Below, one piece after another: positions 1 through 9,811 of a stretch of 64,000 nucleotides of DNA. Within the stretch, counting starts at the first letter, position 1. The number at the start of each line of letters is the position of its first letter. Made by a program: the position numbers and the translations under genes. The notes beneath the pieces were generated by a model, which was given only the letters and a program-made list of their open reading frames with translations, had not been told where the DNA came from and made no database searches. The stretch comes from Cyanophyceae cyanobacterium (GTDB lineage: Bacteria; Cyanobacteriota; Cyanobacteriia; Cyanobacteriales; JBHJGN01). The DNA lies in the NCBI GenBank assembly GCA_050331735.1, contig JBHJGN010000004.1, forward strand, positions 96,001 to 160,000, read 5' to 3'.

Positions 1-1
1 G

Positions 2-745
2 GTGGTGTGCAAAGAAGCCTTACAGATCAATCAGGTGGTTCCGGCGACCGTTAATCGCTTTGAGATAGACTCTTCTCGCGATCTGCACGTTCTAGTTGGC
101 TGCGGTCGAAGCATTCCCGAACAGAAGATTGTCATTGCCCATCCGGAGAAGCTGATGCAGTGTGCTGAAGACCAAATTGGAGAAATCTGGATTTCTGGTC
201 CTAGCATTGCTAGAGGGTACTGGAATCAACCAGAAACGACAGATCGAGCATTTAGTGCGTATCTAGTTGATACTGAAGAAGGTCCATTTTTACGTACCGG
301 CGACCTCGGCTTTATCAGAAACGGAGAGCTGTTTGTTACTGGTCGCCTGAAGGATATGATTATCATCAACGGTCGGAATTACTATCCTCAAGATATTGAG
401 CAAACGGTAGAACAAAACCATCCCCAACTACGCGCGAACTGTTGTGCTAGCTTTTCTGTCAGCGTTAGCGGAGAGGAAAAGCTGGCTATTGTCGCCGAGG
501 TAGAGCGGACTTATCAGAGTCGTCGTCCAGACGACCGGGGCGCTAGCGAGTCATCAGTGCATCCCTATCTTCTCGTGGAGTCTATTGGCCGAGCTGTGGT
601 TCAGGAGCACGATTTGCAAGTCCACAAAGTTCTATTACTTAAGCCAGGCAGCATCCCAAAAACTTCCAGTGGCAAAATTCAGCGCCATGAATGTCGGCTA
701 GGCTTTCTTAACGGGACGTTAGAGGCGATCAATGGAACGAGATGA
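2..745 (+). CDS. Fatty acyl-AMP ligase (FAAL) / acyl-adenylating enzyme, C-terminal part (5' truncated by window edge)
   Basis: ANL-family motifs GEIWISGPSIARGYW, FLRTGDLGF, GRLKDMIIINGRNYYPQDIE, IPKTSSGKIQR; the GRNxYPQDIE and PKTSSGKIQR forms are typical of FAALs. Confidence 0.85.
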   Translation: MVCKEALQINQVVPATVNRFEIDSSRDLHVLVGCGRSIPEQKIVIAHPEKLMQCAEDQIGEIWISGPSIARGYWNQPETTDRAFSAYLVDTEEGPFLRTGDLGFIRNGELFVTGRLKDMIIINGRNYYPQDIEQTVEQNHPQLRANCCASFSVSVSGEEKLAIVAEVERTYQSRRPDDRGASESSVHPYLLVESIGRAVVQEHDLQVHKVLLLKPGSIPKTSSGKIQRHECRLGFLNGTLEAINGTR

Positions 746-1145
746 GGATGGCTGTTATTCTCTAGCTCATGATTTGCCAAGCTACAGTCGAGGACGAGTC
801 TGTGTGCTGCAAACAGCACAATACCACGCCACAGTTGGCAAAAAGTTTGTCAATCCTCCAAACTATGGTTCACTTAAACAAGTGTCTAATTCTAGACTGA
901 TGGCGAGCGACATTTATATAGTATGAATAAACTGAAACAAACACCCCTAGAGAAAAACTTACCAATAATTGTGACCGCCAAAGCATTCTCTAGGTAGTTA
1001 ATAGGAGTATCTGAGCGATGTAAATGGTCTAAACAGATTGGTTAATTGGCAAGCGGGTGTTTTAAAATCAGGATTGCTAAAGCAGTGAGGGTGATTCATC
1101 CCAAAACTGATTCTTGCTTTTGCTGGTAAAACTGCTCAGCCAGCG

Positions 1146-1178
1146 TCTCAAGATTTTAGCGGTGACTAAAACTTGAGA
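1146..1178 (+). promoter_or_regulatory. Stem-loop in the leader of the ACP-oxoamine synthase gene
   Basis: TCTCAAG-A-TTTTAG / CGGTGA loop / CTAAAA-CTTGAGA, 13 bp with one bulge, about 40 nt before the ATG (GGAGGAG RBS). Confidence 0.4.
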
Positions 1179-1217
1179 TTTTCAAGAGCGCTAATTAATG
1201 TGGTGGAGGAGTAAATA

Positions 1218-2867
1218 ATGGCACTGTTGAACTCATCCTGGAACGGAAAAGAGAACCAACAGCTTTATGCAGTTAAAAGAAACGCGCCTTATTCTTATCG
1301 GTCATCAGATTCGCTGACGGCAGAGGCGATTACTGTCTGGTTAATTTCTAGGTTAGCAGAAAGGCTAGAGCTTCAGCCGGATGAAATTGATATTCACAAA
1401 GATCTGACCGAGTATGGACTAGATTCTATTGAAGCCGTTAATCTTTCTGGAGAGCTTGAAAATTTCTTGGGCTACCGACTTTCTCCGACTTTACTGTGGG
1501 ATTATCCAACGGTAGCCACTCTCGCTCAGTATTTGGCCGAGAACCCTCAGAGATACCAAGTGTCGCCAGAAAGCGTTGATGAGTTACCGCTTACTCAAGG
1601 GGAACCCCAGCCTTTATCATCTCCGGAACAGGAATTGGATGAGGAAATTCCCCTAGAATACTACCGTTTTGAGCGATCGCCAGAATATCAGCAACTTCAG
1701 CGCCAAAAGCAAGACATTGATGCTCTCGGGATTGGTAATCCTCTGTTCACTCCTCAAGAACGGGTTGTTAACAATACGACGTTTATCGACGGACGAGAGT
1801 TAATTAACTACGCAACCTACAATTATTTGGGGCTGTCTGGCGATCCGACGGTCACCCAAGCGGCGATCGCCGCCATTAAGCAGTACGGAACATCTGTGTC
1901 AGCCAGCCGCCTTCATTCCGGCGAGAAGCCCCTGCACCGAGAATTAGAACGGGAAATTGCTGATTTTATTGGCACTGAAGACAGCATTGTTTACGTCGGT
2001 GGTCACGCCACTAACGTCACCACCATCAGCCACCTGTTTGGAAAACACGATCTGATTCTGTACGATTCCCTCAGCCACAACAGCATTCTGCGGGGCTGTC
2101 ATCTGTCGGGAGCCACGCTGCTGTCCTTTCCTCACAACGACTGGCAAACCCTTGAAGCGGTCCTCCGTGATCGCCGCCATCGCTATCGAAAGGTGCTAGT
2201 GGTGATCGAAGGCGTCTACAGCACCGACGGCGATATTGCGAAGCTGCCCGAGTTTATTGTCCTCAAAAAGCGCTACCGGACCTATTTAATGGTCGATGAA
2301 GCCCACTCGATGGGGGTACTGGGCGATCACGGTCGCGGAATTGGCGAATTATTCCAGGTTGACCCGGCAGATGTCGATCTGTGGATGGGAACCCTGAGCA
2401 AGTCCTTTGCGAGCTGTGGAGGCTATATCGCTGGTAGTAGCGCCCTCGTCGAGTACTTAAAGTATACGGCTCCGGGCTTTGTTTATAGCGTGGGCATCTC
2501 TCCCCCAGATGCCGCAGCGACGTTAGCAGCCATTCGTGTGCTGAGGGCTGAACCAGAGCGAGTTACGCGCCTACAGCAGCGCTCTCAATTATTTTTGGAG
2601 TTAGCGACTCAGCAGGGACTTGATACCGGGTTGAGCCATGGTTCTCCAGTGATTCCCATTATTGTTGGTGATGCTTTAAAATCAATTCAGCTTTCTCGCT
2701 GTCTGTTCGAGCGGGGCATCAACGTGCCGTTTATGTGCTATCCGATTGTGTCAAAAAATACGGCTCGCCTGCGCTTTTTTATTACCTGCGAACATACCGA
2801 AGAGCAAATTCACTATACGGTTAATACTCTAGCAGCCGCAGTCGCTCGGTTGAACGTTAAAGACTAG
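1218..2867 (+). CDS. Acyl carrier protein fused to PLP-dependent alpha-oxoamine synthase (AONS/SPT/RkpG-like)
   Basis: N-terminal ACP with phosphopantetheine Ser (YGLDSIEAV ... LWDYPTVATLA); C-terminal NYLGL, SHNSI, VDEAHS, GTLSKSFASCGG (PLP Lys), ARLRFF. Confidence 0.9.
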   Translation: MALLNSSWNGKENQQLYAVKRNAPYSYRSSDSLTAEAITVWLISRLAERLELQPDEIDIHKDLTEYGLDSIEAVNLSGELENFLGYRLSPTLLWDYPTVATLAQYLAENPQRYQVSPESVDELPLTQGEPQPLSSPEQELDEEIPLEYYRFERSPEYQQLQRQKQDIDALGIGNPLFTPQERVVNNTTFIDGRELINYATYNYLGLSGDPTVTQAAIAAIKQYGTSVSASRLHSGEKPLHRELEREIADFIGTEDSIVYVGGHATNVTTISHLFGKHDLILYDSLSHNSILRGCHLSGATLLSFPHNDWQTLEAVLRDRRHRYRKVLVVIEGVYSTDGDIAKLPEFIVLKKRYRTYLMVDEAHSMGVLGDHGRGIGELFQVDPADVDLWMGTLSKSFASCGGYIAGSSALVEYLKYTAPGFVYSVGISPPDAAATLAAIRVLRAEPERVTRLQQRSQLFLELATQQGLDTGLSHGSPVIPIIVGDALKSIQLSRCLFERGINVPFMCYPIVSKNTARLRFFITCEHTEEQIHYTVNTLAAAVARLNVKD

Positions 2868-2929
2868 AGGGAAATACAGGCCCATAGTCTGTTGTCTCGT
2901 GATTGCCTCGAGTAGGCACTAGGCACTCC

Positions 2930-2956
2930 AGCAGCCATGCCGAAGTCATGGCTGCT
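2930..2956. terminator. Hairpin, possible bidirectional terminator
   Basis: AGCAGCCATG-CCGAAGT-CATGGCTGCT, perfect 10-bp stem between convergent ORFs. Confidence 0.55.
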
Positions 2957-2970
2957 ACTCAAGCAAAATC

Positions 2971-3087
2971 TCAAAGCGCGGACAACATATTTAAACTAGC
3001 CGTCGCAAAAGAAGCTGCCAGGGCAATGAATGCGGAACACACTAATATGACTGCCGAAAGCAGAATATATTCTTGAACGTTGCCCAT
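2971..3087 (-). CDS. Putative 38-aa single-pass membrane microprotein
   Basis: Manual translation MGNVQEYILLSAVILVCSAFIALAASFATASLNMLSAL*; followed by the hairpin at 2930-2956. Confidence 0.45.
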   Translation of the reverse strand: MGNVQEYILLSAVILVCSAFIALAASFATASLNMLSAL

Positions 3088-3412
3088 CTTGCTAGGTTTA
3101 TTTAATAGAACAACTCTCAAATTAATGTCCCCCAGCTTTTGAGGAGTTGGGGGTAGACTTGATGATTGGCCAGCCGTTTATCAGTGTCGGCCTTACTATT
3201 GGCTGGCCGTTGCCTATAACTGAGACCAGCAGCATTAATTGCTTACTATTGTAAACTTATATATCGAATTATTGCAAGAACCGGAAAAAATAATTAAACG
3301 CTTGCTGCCGATATCAGCCATGAGCCTCGACTCGTCTTGTTGCTCTGTTGCTGCCAGAGTAGAGGAAAATAGAAGACGAGTATCGCAGTCTAAATCGGAG
3401 GCAATTTAGCCA

Positions 3413-3994
3413 ATGGCCCTCACTCCTTCCACCATGTTGCCTTTAGCAACAAAAGCACCTCGCTTCGAGCTACCAGATGTCGTCTCGAACCAAACCGTTT
3501 CTTTAAAAGATTTTGCCGACCAGCAGGGCTTGCTAGTGATGTTTATTTGCCAGCACTGTCCCTTCGTCAAGCATATTAAGCCCGAACTGGCTCAACTCGG
3601 TCGAGACTACGCTGATTCGGGTTTGGGAATTGTCGCTATCAGTGCTAATAATGTAGACACCCATCCTGATGATTCTCCTGAAAAGTTAAGAGCAATGGCC
3701 CAGGAGCTCGATTTTCAGTTTCCAATGTGCTACGACGAAACTCAAGAAACAGCAAAAGCGTATACGGCTGCCTGTACGCCAGACTTTTTTCTCTTTGATG
3801 GGGAGCAAAAGCTGGTGTATCGAGGTCAGCTAGACGATAGCCGTCCGAGTAACAATCAACCCGTCACGGGAAAAGATTTACGAGCTGCCATTGATGCCGT
3901 GCTGGCAGGCCAAGCAGTTGACCCCGACCAAAAGCCGAGCGTTGGCTGCAACATTAAGTGGAAGCCGGGGAATGAACCAGATTACTTTGGTTAG
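3413..3994 (+). CDS. Thioredoxin-family (AhpC/TSA-like redoxin) protein
   Basis: MFICQHCPFV CxxC, ACTPDFFLFD, YRGQLDDSRP, PSVGCNIKWK. Confidence 0.9.
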   Translation: MALTPSTMLPLATKAPRFELPDVVSNQTVSLKDFADQQGLLVMFICQHCPFVKHIKPELAQLGRDYADSGLGIVAISANNVDTHPDDSPEKLRAMAQELDFQFPMCYDETQETAKAYTAACTPDFFLFDGEQKLVYRGQLDDSRPSNNQPVTGKDLRAAIDAVLAGQAVDPDQKPSVGCNIKWKPGNEPDYFG

Positions 3995-4016
3995 GTTCTA
4001 AGATACAGCATGAAGC

Positions 4017-4040
4017 AGGGAGAATGGGGTCATTCTCCCT
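4017..4040. terminator. Hairpin between convergent genes
   Basis: AGGGAGAATG-GGGT-CATTCTCCCT, perfect 10-bp stem. Confidence 0.6.
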
Positions 4041-4082
4041 AACGCTAACTGGCCAGCCAACCGCCAACCGCTGCTTGTTCAG

Positions 4083-4940
4083 TTAAGCTTCTTGCCACAT
4101 CGTGCGAATTTCATCGGGAAGGAACTCGGCAATTTCTGCGATCCGTTCTTGGGACAACTCATCTTTAGTTGCCGAAAAAACGCCCGTGACTGCTTGTTTA
4201 GGATCGGTATCCTTCTGTAGCCCCCCTTCTTGGCGGATCCGGAAGAGGAAAGTTTCTGAATCAAATTTGAGAGGCGGGCGAATCCGGCTGAGAAAATTAA
4301 CGATAGGATTCGTATCCTGCCACAGGTCAGAAATTTCGTCCCGCAGCGCCTTGTTGTCGGTGGGTTCGGCTAATTGGTGCAGTTCTCCCGCCACTCGCTC
4401 AGAGGCTTCTGTTGTCATGAGATCGCGCATGGTCCGAAAAACGACTTCAGCCACATCTCTGGCATCAAAAATATCTTCTAAGTTACTTTTGAGCATCACC
4501 TTTTCCAAGAAAGGCGTATTTTCTGTGGCAATGGGATTAGTTGGCCCTTCGCCAAGAATTTTATCTTTATTTTCCTCCATCTTCGAGAGCATTTGCTCTC
4601 CTTTTTCGGTGAGTCCTGCCCCTTCAAAATCAATCAGGTGTGGCAACGGACCGTCTTCGGCACCAAAGGTATTTGCCACTCGCAGATCTACTTCTTTGGC
4701 GTTAACCGCATCCGGGACATCTTCCTGGTTAGCATAGGCGTTACCGCTAAAATCAGCCTCGATAAACTGCTTTTGATTAAGGTAGTCTAAGTGACCCATT
4801 AAGTCGGCTTTAGAAATGGGAATGCCCGTAAAATCAGTATTTGAAAACGATACCTGATGTTTTCCTGCCTCGCCGCGATCGCTATCCTTAATTTTTTTGA
4901 GAACGATGTACATAATATCTTCTCTTAAACCAATTGGCAT
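4083..4940 (-). CDS. DUF2267-domain protein with additional N-terminal domain
   Basis: C-terminal FLEKVM...DARDVAEVVFRTMRD...AVTGVFSATKDELSQERIAEIAEFLPDEIRTMW pattern. Confidence 0.7.
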   Translation of the reverse strand: MPIGLREDIMYIVLKKIKDSDRGEAGKHQVSFSNTDFTGIPISKADLMGHLDYLNQKQFIEADFSGNAYANQEDVPDAVNAKEVDLRVANTFGAEDGPLPHLIDFEGAGLTEKGEQMLSKMEENKDKILGEGPTNPIATENTPFLEKVMLKSNLEDIFDARDVAEVVFRTMRDLMTTEASERVAGELHQLAEPTDNKALRDEISDLWQDTNPIVNFLSRIRPPLKFDSETFLFRIRQEGGLQKDTDPKQAVTGVFSATKDELSQERIAEIAEFLPDEIRTMWQEA

Positions 4941-5245
4941 GACTCCTAGCCTCCTATCTTTTCCGGTTTTAGGATAAATTTATAAATGCTGGCGCAAAGC
5001 GTGACCGCGGCTTCTCAAGGCTAAATCGTGCTGCTACTGACATGGTGTTGAGCGGGGAAAATGTTCAAACCAGAGGCAGATAGTAGCAGAACGTCACTCC
5101 CTGCGTCAGCTTCATCTTTATCAGATTAGAATGAACCGATCGGCAAAGCATCTGTCACGGGAAACATTTCCCTATCTGGGTAGAGGTTAAGTTTTATAAA
5201 TTACTCCTACGACCAGCATGAGAGCAAGTGCTCTTGCGGTGATGC

Positions 5246-6670
5246 TCACGATTTTCTTCTCGCCTCGGCTCGAACGCCTGGACCGGAGTTGACAACCGGC
5301 AGGGTGACGGTAAACGTTGTTCCCTGCTGAAGGACGCTAGAGACCGTAATGTGTCCGCCATGATTTTCGACAATTGCCCGAGCGATCGCCAGCCCTAATC
5401 CCGATCCGGTTGAAATAGACTCCTGGGAGTGGCTGCGAGAAGGGTCGCCTCGGTAGAAACGATCGAAAATGGAGGGCAACTCCGCTTCAGGAATGCCCGT
5501 TCCCGTGTCGCGGACCGTCACCTGTAGCTGCCGAGAGCGATCGCGCTTAGCCCATTGGAGCTCAACTTCGACAAGAGCTTTTTGGTGCTCGGATAACAGC
5601 GACGGCATTTCTCCCTCGCTGGTCTCTGGCTGAACAGCCGTGTGTTCTAACGCATTACCGATCAAATTAGTAAACAGTCGGGCGAGCTGATCCCAATCTC
5701 CAGTTAGGGTAAACAACTCCTCTTCTGGGGGCGCCTCTGCCCTAGCCTCTGCTGAATCTGGCTCGAGGATTCGCAAGCACAGAAATATTCCTCTCTGTTC
5801 AGCCACAGTTCGCTGTTCTTCAATGACTTCTATCAGGAGCGCATCTAAAGGCACTTCCTGTTGATTCGTTTGAAGCATCCCGCTGTCTGAACGAGTTAAA
5901 AACAACAAATCGTTGACCAAGTGACCCAGGCGCTTTGTCAGCCGTTCTACGACCCGTAGCTGTCGTTGCTGATGCTGAGGTTCAGCATCCGGGTAGGCCA
6001 AAGCCATCTGAACATTTGTTTGAATAGTGGCAATCGGATTTCTCAGCTCATGGGAGGCATCGGCGGTAAACTGCTTGAGGCTTTGGTAGGAATCGCGGAC
6101 TGGCTTGATGGCAATTCCAGAAAGCAGCCAGCCAATCGCCGCTACGCCTAGCACCATCAGGCTTGTCCCCAGAGTCAAATCCAACACCAGTTGTCGAATC
6201 GGCTTGGTGACTTCAAACCAGGGATGGCTAGCCCGGAGATAACCAAGCACGTACCGCCCCATCTCTATCCTCTCCGTCACCTGTCGCAGTAGATGCTCTG
6301 GAGACTGAGAAACGGTTTCCCCGCTGCGGTTTGGATGCAGCGGAATGTTAGGGGGGTCAGAAAAGGTAGACCACAGTAGCTCTCCGGTTGGACTGAACCA
6401 CTCCAAATCAATATGGTCGTCTTCCACCGCCACAACCCGATTGCGAAAGCTCGCTTCTACATCCACGCGGTATCTTCCCTCAGTCGGTGGCATGGACTGA
6501 ATCACTAGAGAGCGGTCGACAACTTCGAGGACGTGCTTAAGGGTGTCGTCGATGCGCTCAATGAGCGTACTGCGGACGTACAAATACATTCCTGTCGCAA
6601 ATACCAGCAACAGAACAGCAGTGACGGCAGTATACCAGAGAGCCAGACGGCGGCGAGTCGCTTGAAACAT
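5246..6670 (-). CDS. Membrane sensor histidine kinase (two TM helices; possibly ManS/Hik27-like)
   Basis: H-box FTADASHELRNP, N-box LFTNLIGNA, G1 DTGTGI, F IFDRFYR, G2 GSGLGLAI. Confidence 0.9.
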   Translation of the reverse strand: MFQATRRRLALWYTAVTAVLLLVFATGMYLYVRSTLIERIDDTLKHVLEVVDRSLVIQSMPPTEGRYRVDVEASFRNRVVAVEDDHIDLEWFSPTGELLWSTFSDPPNIPLHPNRSGETVSQSPEHLLRQVTERIEMGRYVLGYLRASHPWFEVTKPIRQLVLDLTLGTSLMVLGVAAIGWLLSGIAIKPVRDSYQSLKQFTADASHELRNPIATIQTNVQMALAYPDAEPQHQQRQLRVVERLTKRLGHLVNDLLFLTRSDSGMLQTNQQEVPLDALLIEVIEEQRTVAEQRGIFLCLRILEPDSAEARAEAPPEEELFTLTGDWDQLARLFTNLIGNALEHTAVQPETSEGEMPSLLSEHQKALVEVELQWAKRDRSRQLQVTVRDTGTGIPEAELPSIFDRFYRGDPSRSHSQESISTGSGLGLAIARAIVENHGGHITVSSVLQQGTTFTVTLPVVNSGPGVRAEARRKS

Positions 6671-7008
6671 CTGTTTTCCCTTTTTAGCTTAACGTTTTTT
6701 CCCCGTAGCTGAGCAGGAAGGCGCGATCGCCATCGAGGATGAAAATAGGCTGGCGCAGAAAGCTACAATTGATGGAAAGCGGATCAGGCTTCATGGGCAT
6801 CTCGCTCAGCGCTGACGCTAGATAAAAGCGTTAATCGCTCCTGCCAAGAGCGCTGCTGGTAATGGCGGTGATTGTCCTGTGCTCGACCTCGACTCAACAG
6901 TTCGTCCGAGCGGCAACACCTCTTAAAATAGGGCGGAAACCACCAAATTTTCTGCCATTTGAAGAACCGCTGACAAAATCCTCTTGCCAATATCGCTGTT
7001 AAATACCT

Positions 7009-8634
7009 ATGACCGCTGAATTTCAAGCAGAATTAGAACAGGCCGTTACTCATCGCCGTAACTTTGCGATTATTTCTCACCCGGACGCGGGCAAAACAAC
7101 CTTAACAGAAAAACTCTTGCTCTACGGAGGTGCTATTCACCAAGCGGGAGCCGTCAAAGCTCGGCGGGCGCAGCGGCAAGCGACCTCCGACTGGATGAAA
7201 ATGGAGCAGCAGCGGGGGATTTCGATTACGTCTACCGTCCTTCAGTTTGACTACGAAGATTTCCAGATCAACCTCCTGGATACGCCGGGACACCAAGATT
7301 TTAGTGAAGACACCTATCGCACTCTCGCCGCCGCCGACAATGCGGTGATGTTAATTGATGCCGCCAATGGCTTAGAAACCCAGACGCGCAAGCTGTTTGA
7401 AGTCTGTCGGCTGCGTGCTCTGCCGATTTTTACCTTTGTTAATAAGCTAGACCGACCGGGACGAGAACCGCTAGAGCTGCTCGACGAGATTGAACAGGAG
7501 TTAGGGCTACAAACCTACGCTGTCAACTGGCCAATTGGCATGGGTGATCGCTTTAAGGGCGTATTTGATAGACCCAATCAGCAGATCCACCTGTTTGAAC
7601 GACGCGCTCACGGAAGCCAGGAAGCTACCAATACGATTATTGACCTGGGCGATCCGAGAATTGAAGAATTTTTAGAACAAGACCTCTATTATCAACTGAA
7701 AGAGGACTTAGAAATTTTAGAAGAATTAGGAGCCGATCTGGATCTAGAGGAAGTCCACGCAGGTCGCATGACTCCGGTATTTTTCGGCAGTGCTATGACC
7801 AACTTTGGCGTAGAGCTATTCCTGACGCACTTCCTCAATTATGCCCTCAAACCAGAAGGCAGAAACTCTTCAATTGGTCAAGTGCCTCCCACCGCGATCG
7901 ATTTCAGCGGCTTTGTGTTCAAGCTTCAGGCTAATATGGACCCCAAGCACCGCGATCGCGTGGCGTTTATCCGCGTCTGTACCGGAAAATTTGAAAAAGA
8001 CATGACGGTGAGCCATGCCCGCACCGGGAAAACGGTCCGCCTCTCTCGACCGCAGAAGCTCTTTGCTCAAGGACGGGAATCTTTAGCTGTCGCCTATCCA
8101 GGAGATGTCATCGGCTTGAACAATCCGGGCGTGTTTGCCATTGGCGATACAATTTATAACGGCCAAAAACTTGAATACGAAGGCATTCCCTGCTTCTCGC
8201 CGGAACTGTTTGCTTACCTCAAAAATCCCAATCCTTCTAAATTTAAGCAGTTCCAAAAAGGCATCCAGGAGCTGCGCGAAGAGGGAGCCGTGCAGATTAT
8301 GTACTCTACCGACGAATTTAAGCGCGACCCAATTCTAGCAGCGGTGGGTCAGCTTCAGTTTGAGGTGGTGCAGTTTCGGATGCTCAACGAGTATAACGTT
8401 GAAACTCGCCTAGAACCCCTCCGTTACAGCGTGGCTCGCTGGGTCGAAGGCGGGTGGCAAGCCCTAGAAAAAGCCGGACGACTGTTCAACACCATTACAG
8501 TCAAAGATAACTGGGAGCGTCCCGTGCTGCTGTTTAGAAACGAATGGAACGTCCAGCAGATTGTGGGCGATCATCCAGAACTTAAGCTCAGTGCGATCGC
8601 CCCAGTGGGAGCGGGAATTGAGCCAGAAAAATAA
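7009..8634 (+). CDS. prfC: Peptide chain release factor 3
   Basis: [56 protein letters not shown]. Confidence 0.97.
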   Translation: MTAEFQAELEQAVTHRRNFAIISHPDAGKTTLTEKLLLYGGAIHQAGAVKARRAQRQATSDWMKMEQQRGISITSTVLQFDYEDFQINLLDTPGHQDFSEDTYRTLAAADNAVMLIDAANGLETQTRKLFEVCRLRALPIFTFVNKLDRPGREPLELLDEIEQELGLQTYAVNWPIGMGDRFKGVFDRPNQQIHLFERRAHGSQEATNTIIDLGDPRIEEFLEQDLYYQLKEDLEILEELGADLDLEEVHAGRMTPVFFGSAMTNFGVELFLTHFLNYALKPEGRNSSIGQVPPTAIDFSGFVFKLQANMDPKHRDRVAFIRVCTGKFEKDMTVSHARTGKTVRLSRPQKLFAQGRESLAVAYPGDVIGLNNPGVFAIGDTIYNGQKLEYEGIPCFSPELFAYLKNPNPSKFKQFQKGIQELREEGAVQIMYSTDEFKRDPILAAVGQLQFEVVQFRMLNEYNVETRLEPLRYSVARWVEGGWQALEKAGRLFNTITVKDNWERPVLLFRNEWNVQQIVGDHPELKLSAIAPVGAGIEPEK

Positions 8635-8713
8635 GCCAGTTGGCGATCGCTCATTTGTCCTTTTAATTTGTTGTCAACTAAAATTACGGCCCTATCTTTA
8701 CTGAGCAACCCTA

Positions 8714-9286
8714 ATGATTACCACTAAACGGCTGATGACCTTAGAGGAGTATCTCGACTACGACGATGGGACAGATACTCGTTACGAGCTAGTGAATGGG
8801 GAGTTAAGACAAGTGCCAACAGAGAGCGATATCAATGTTTTAATCGCGGTGGCATTGTTAGTTCAATTTTCGCGCTTTTTACCCCCGACACGGTTGCGCC
8901 ACAAAACAGAAATAGCTGTTAGTGGCTATCGAGTGACAACGCGGATTCCTGACCTAACGGTGCTGAGCGAAGAACTGGCACAAGCTTTAGCTCAAGCTAA
9001 GCGTAGCGTTGTGATGCCGGATATGCCACCTCCTGAATTAGTGGTAGAAGTTGTTTCGCCAGGAAGAGAAAATCAGGAGCGGGACTACCGCTATAAGCGC
9101 TCTGAGTACGCAGCCAGAGGAATTCAGGAATACTGGATTATCGATCCTCAGCAGGCTCGCGTGACGGTTTTAACTTTAGTCTCTGGCATGTACGAAGAAG
9201 CCGTTTTTGCCGGCGATCACGTGATCGCTTCTCTCGTCTTGCCAGAACTTGATTTAACGGCTACACAGGTTTTACAGCCTGAGTAA
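8714..9286 (+). CDS. Uma2-family (DUF820) putative endonuclease
   Basis: [51 protein letters not shown]. Confidence 0.9.
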   Translation: MITTKRLMTLEEYLDYDDGTDTRYELVNGELRQVPTESDINVLIAVALLVQFSRFLPPTRLRHKTEIAVSGYRVTTRIPDLTVLSEELAQALAQAKRSVVMPDMPPPELVVEVVSPGRENQERDYRYKRSEYAARGIQEYWIIDPQQARVTVLTLVSGMYEEAVFAGDHVIASLVLPELDLTATQVLQPE

Positions 9287-9309
9287 CGGCAACCCACAAG
9301 GCGAACACC

Positions 9310-9798
9310 ATGAAAACGCTTGTAGGAGTGATGGGACCGGGAGACCAGGCTACGGCTGCGGACGTTGAAAACGCTTACCAGCTTGGAATTTTAGTAGCAC
9401 AGCAGGGATGGGTTCTGCTCACCGGAGGTCGCAACGTAGGTGTCATGGATGCAGCCAGTCGAGGCGCTAAGGCAGCGGGAGGGGTAACTGTCGGCATTTT
9501 GCCAACCTCCGCTCCAGAAATCGTCTCAGAAGCGGTAGATATTACCATCGTGACCGATATGGGCAATGCTCGCAACAATATTAATGTACTCTCCTGCCAG
9601 TTAATGATTGCCTGCGGGATGGGAGCCGGAACCGCTTCAGAAGTTGCTCTGGCAATTAAGAATCATAAGCCCGTTATTCTCCTCAGCGAACATCAGGAAA
9701 GCCAGCGATTTTTCACAGGATTAGCAAAAAAGTCTGTTTTTCTTGCTAATTGTCCTCACGAAGCGATCGCATTAGCAATCAGGCTTGTCGCCAATTAA
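9310..9798 (+). CDS. TIGR00725 / LOG-like (Rossmann-fold) family protein
   Basis: LLTGGRNVGVMDAASRGAK, TDMGNARNNINVLS, GAGTASEVALA. Confidence 0.85.
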   Translation: MKTLVGVMGPGDQATAADVENAYQLGILVAQQGWVLLTGGRNVGVMDAASRGAKAAGGVTVGILPTSAPEIVSEAVDITIVTDMGNARNNINVLSCQLMIACGMGAGTASEVALAIKNHKPVILLSEHQESQRFFTGLAKKSVFLANCPHEAIALAIRLVAN

Positions 9799-9811
9799 GT
9801 TCGATCGCTGG

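Noticed and set aside
732..926. 64-aa ORF after the FAAL
   Set aside because: No ACP serine motif or other recognisable feature; likely spurious
1218..2867. Calling the gene bioF
   Set aside because: The ACP fusion, FAAL neighbour and lack of bio genes argue against simple biotin synthesis
4102..4737. 211-aa plus-strand ORF
   Set aside because: Antisense shadow of the DUF2267 gene with Ser-rich, non-protein-like composition
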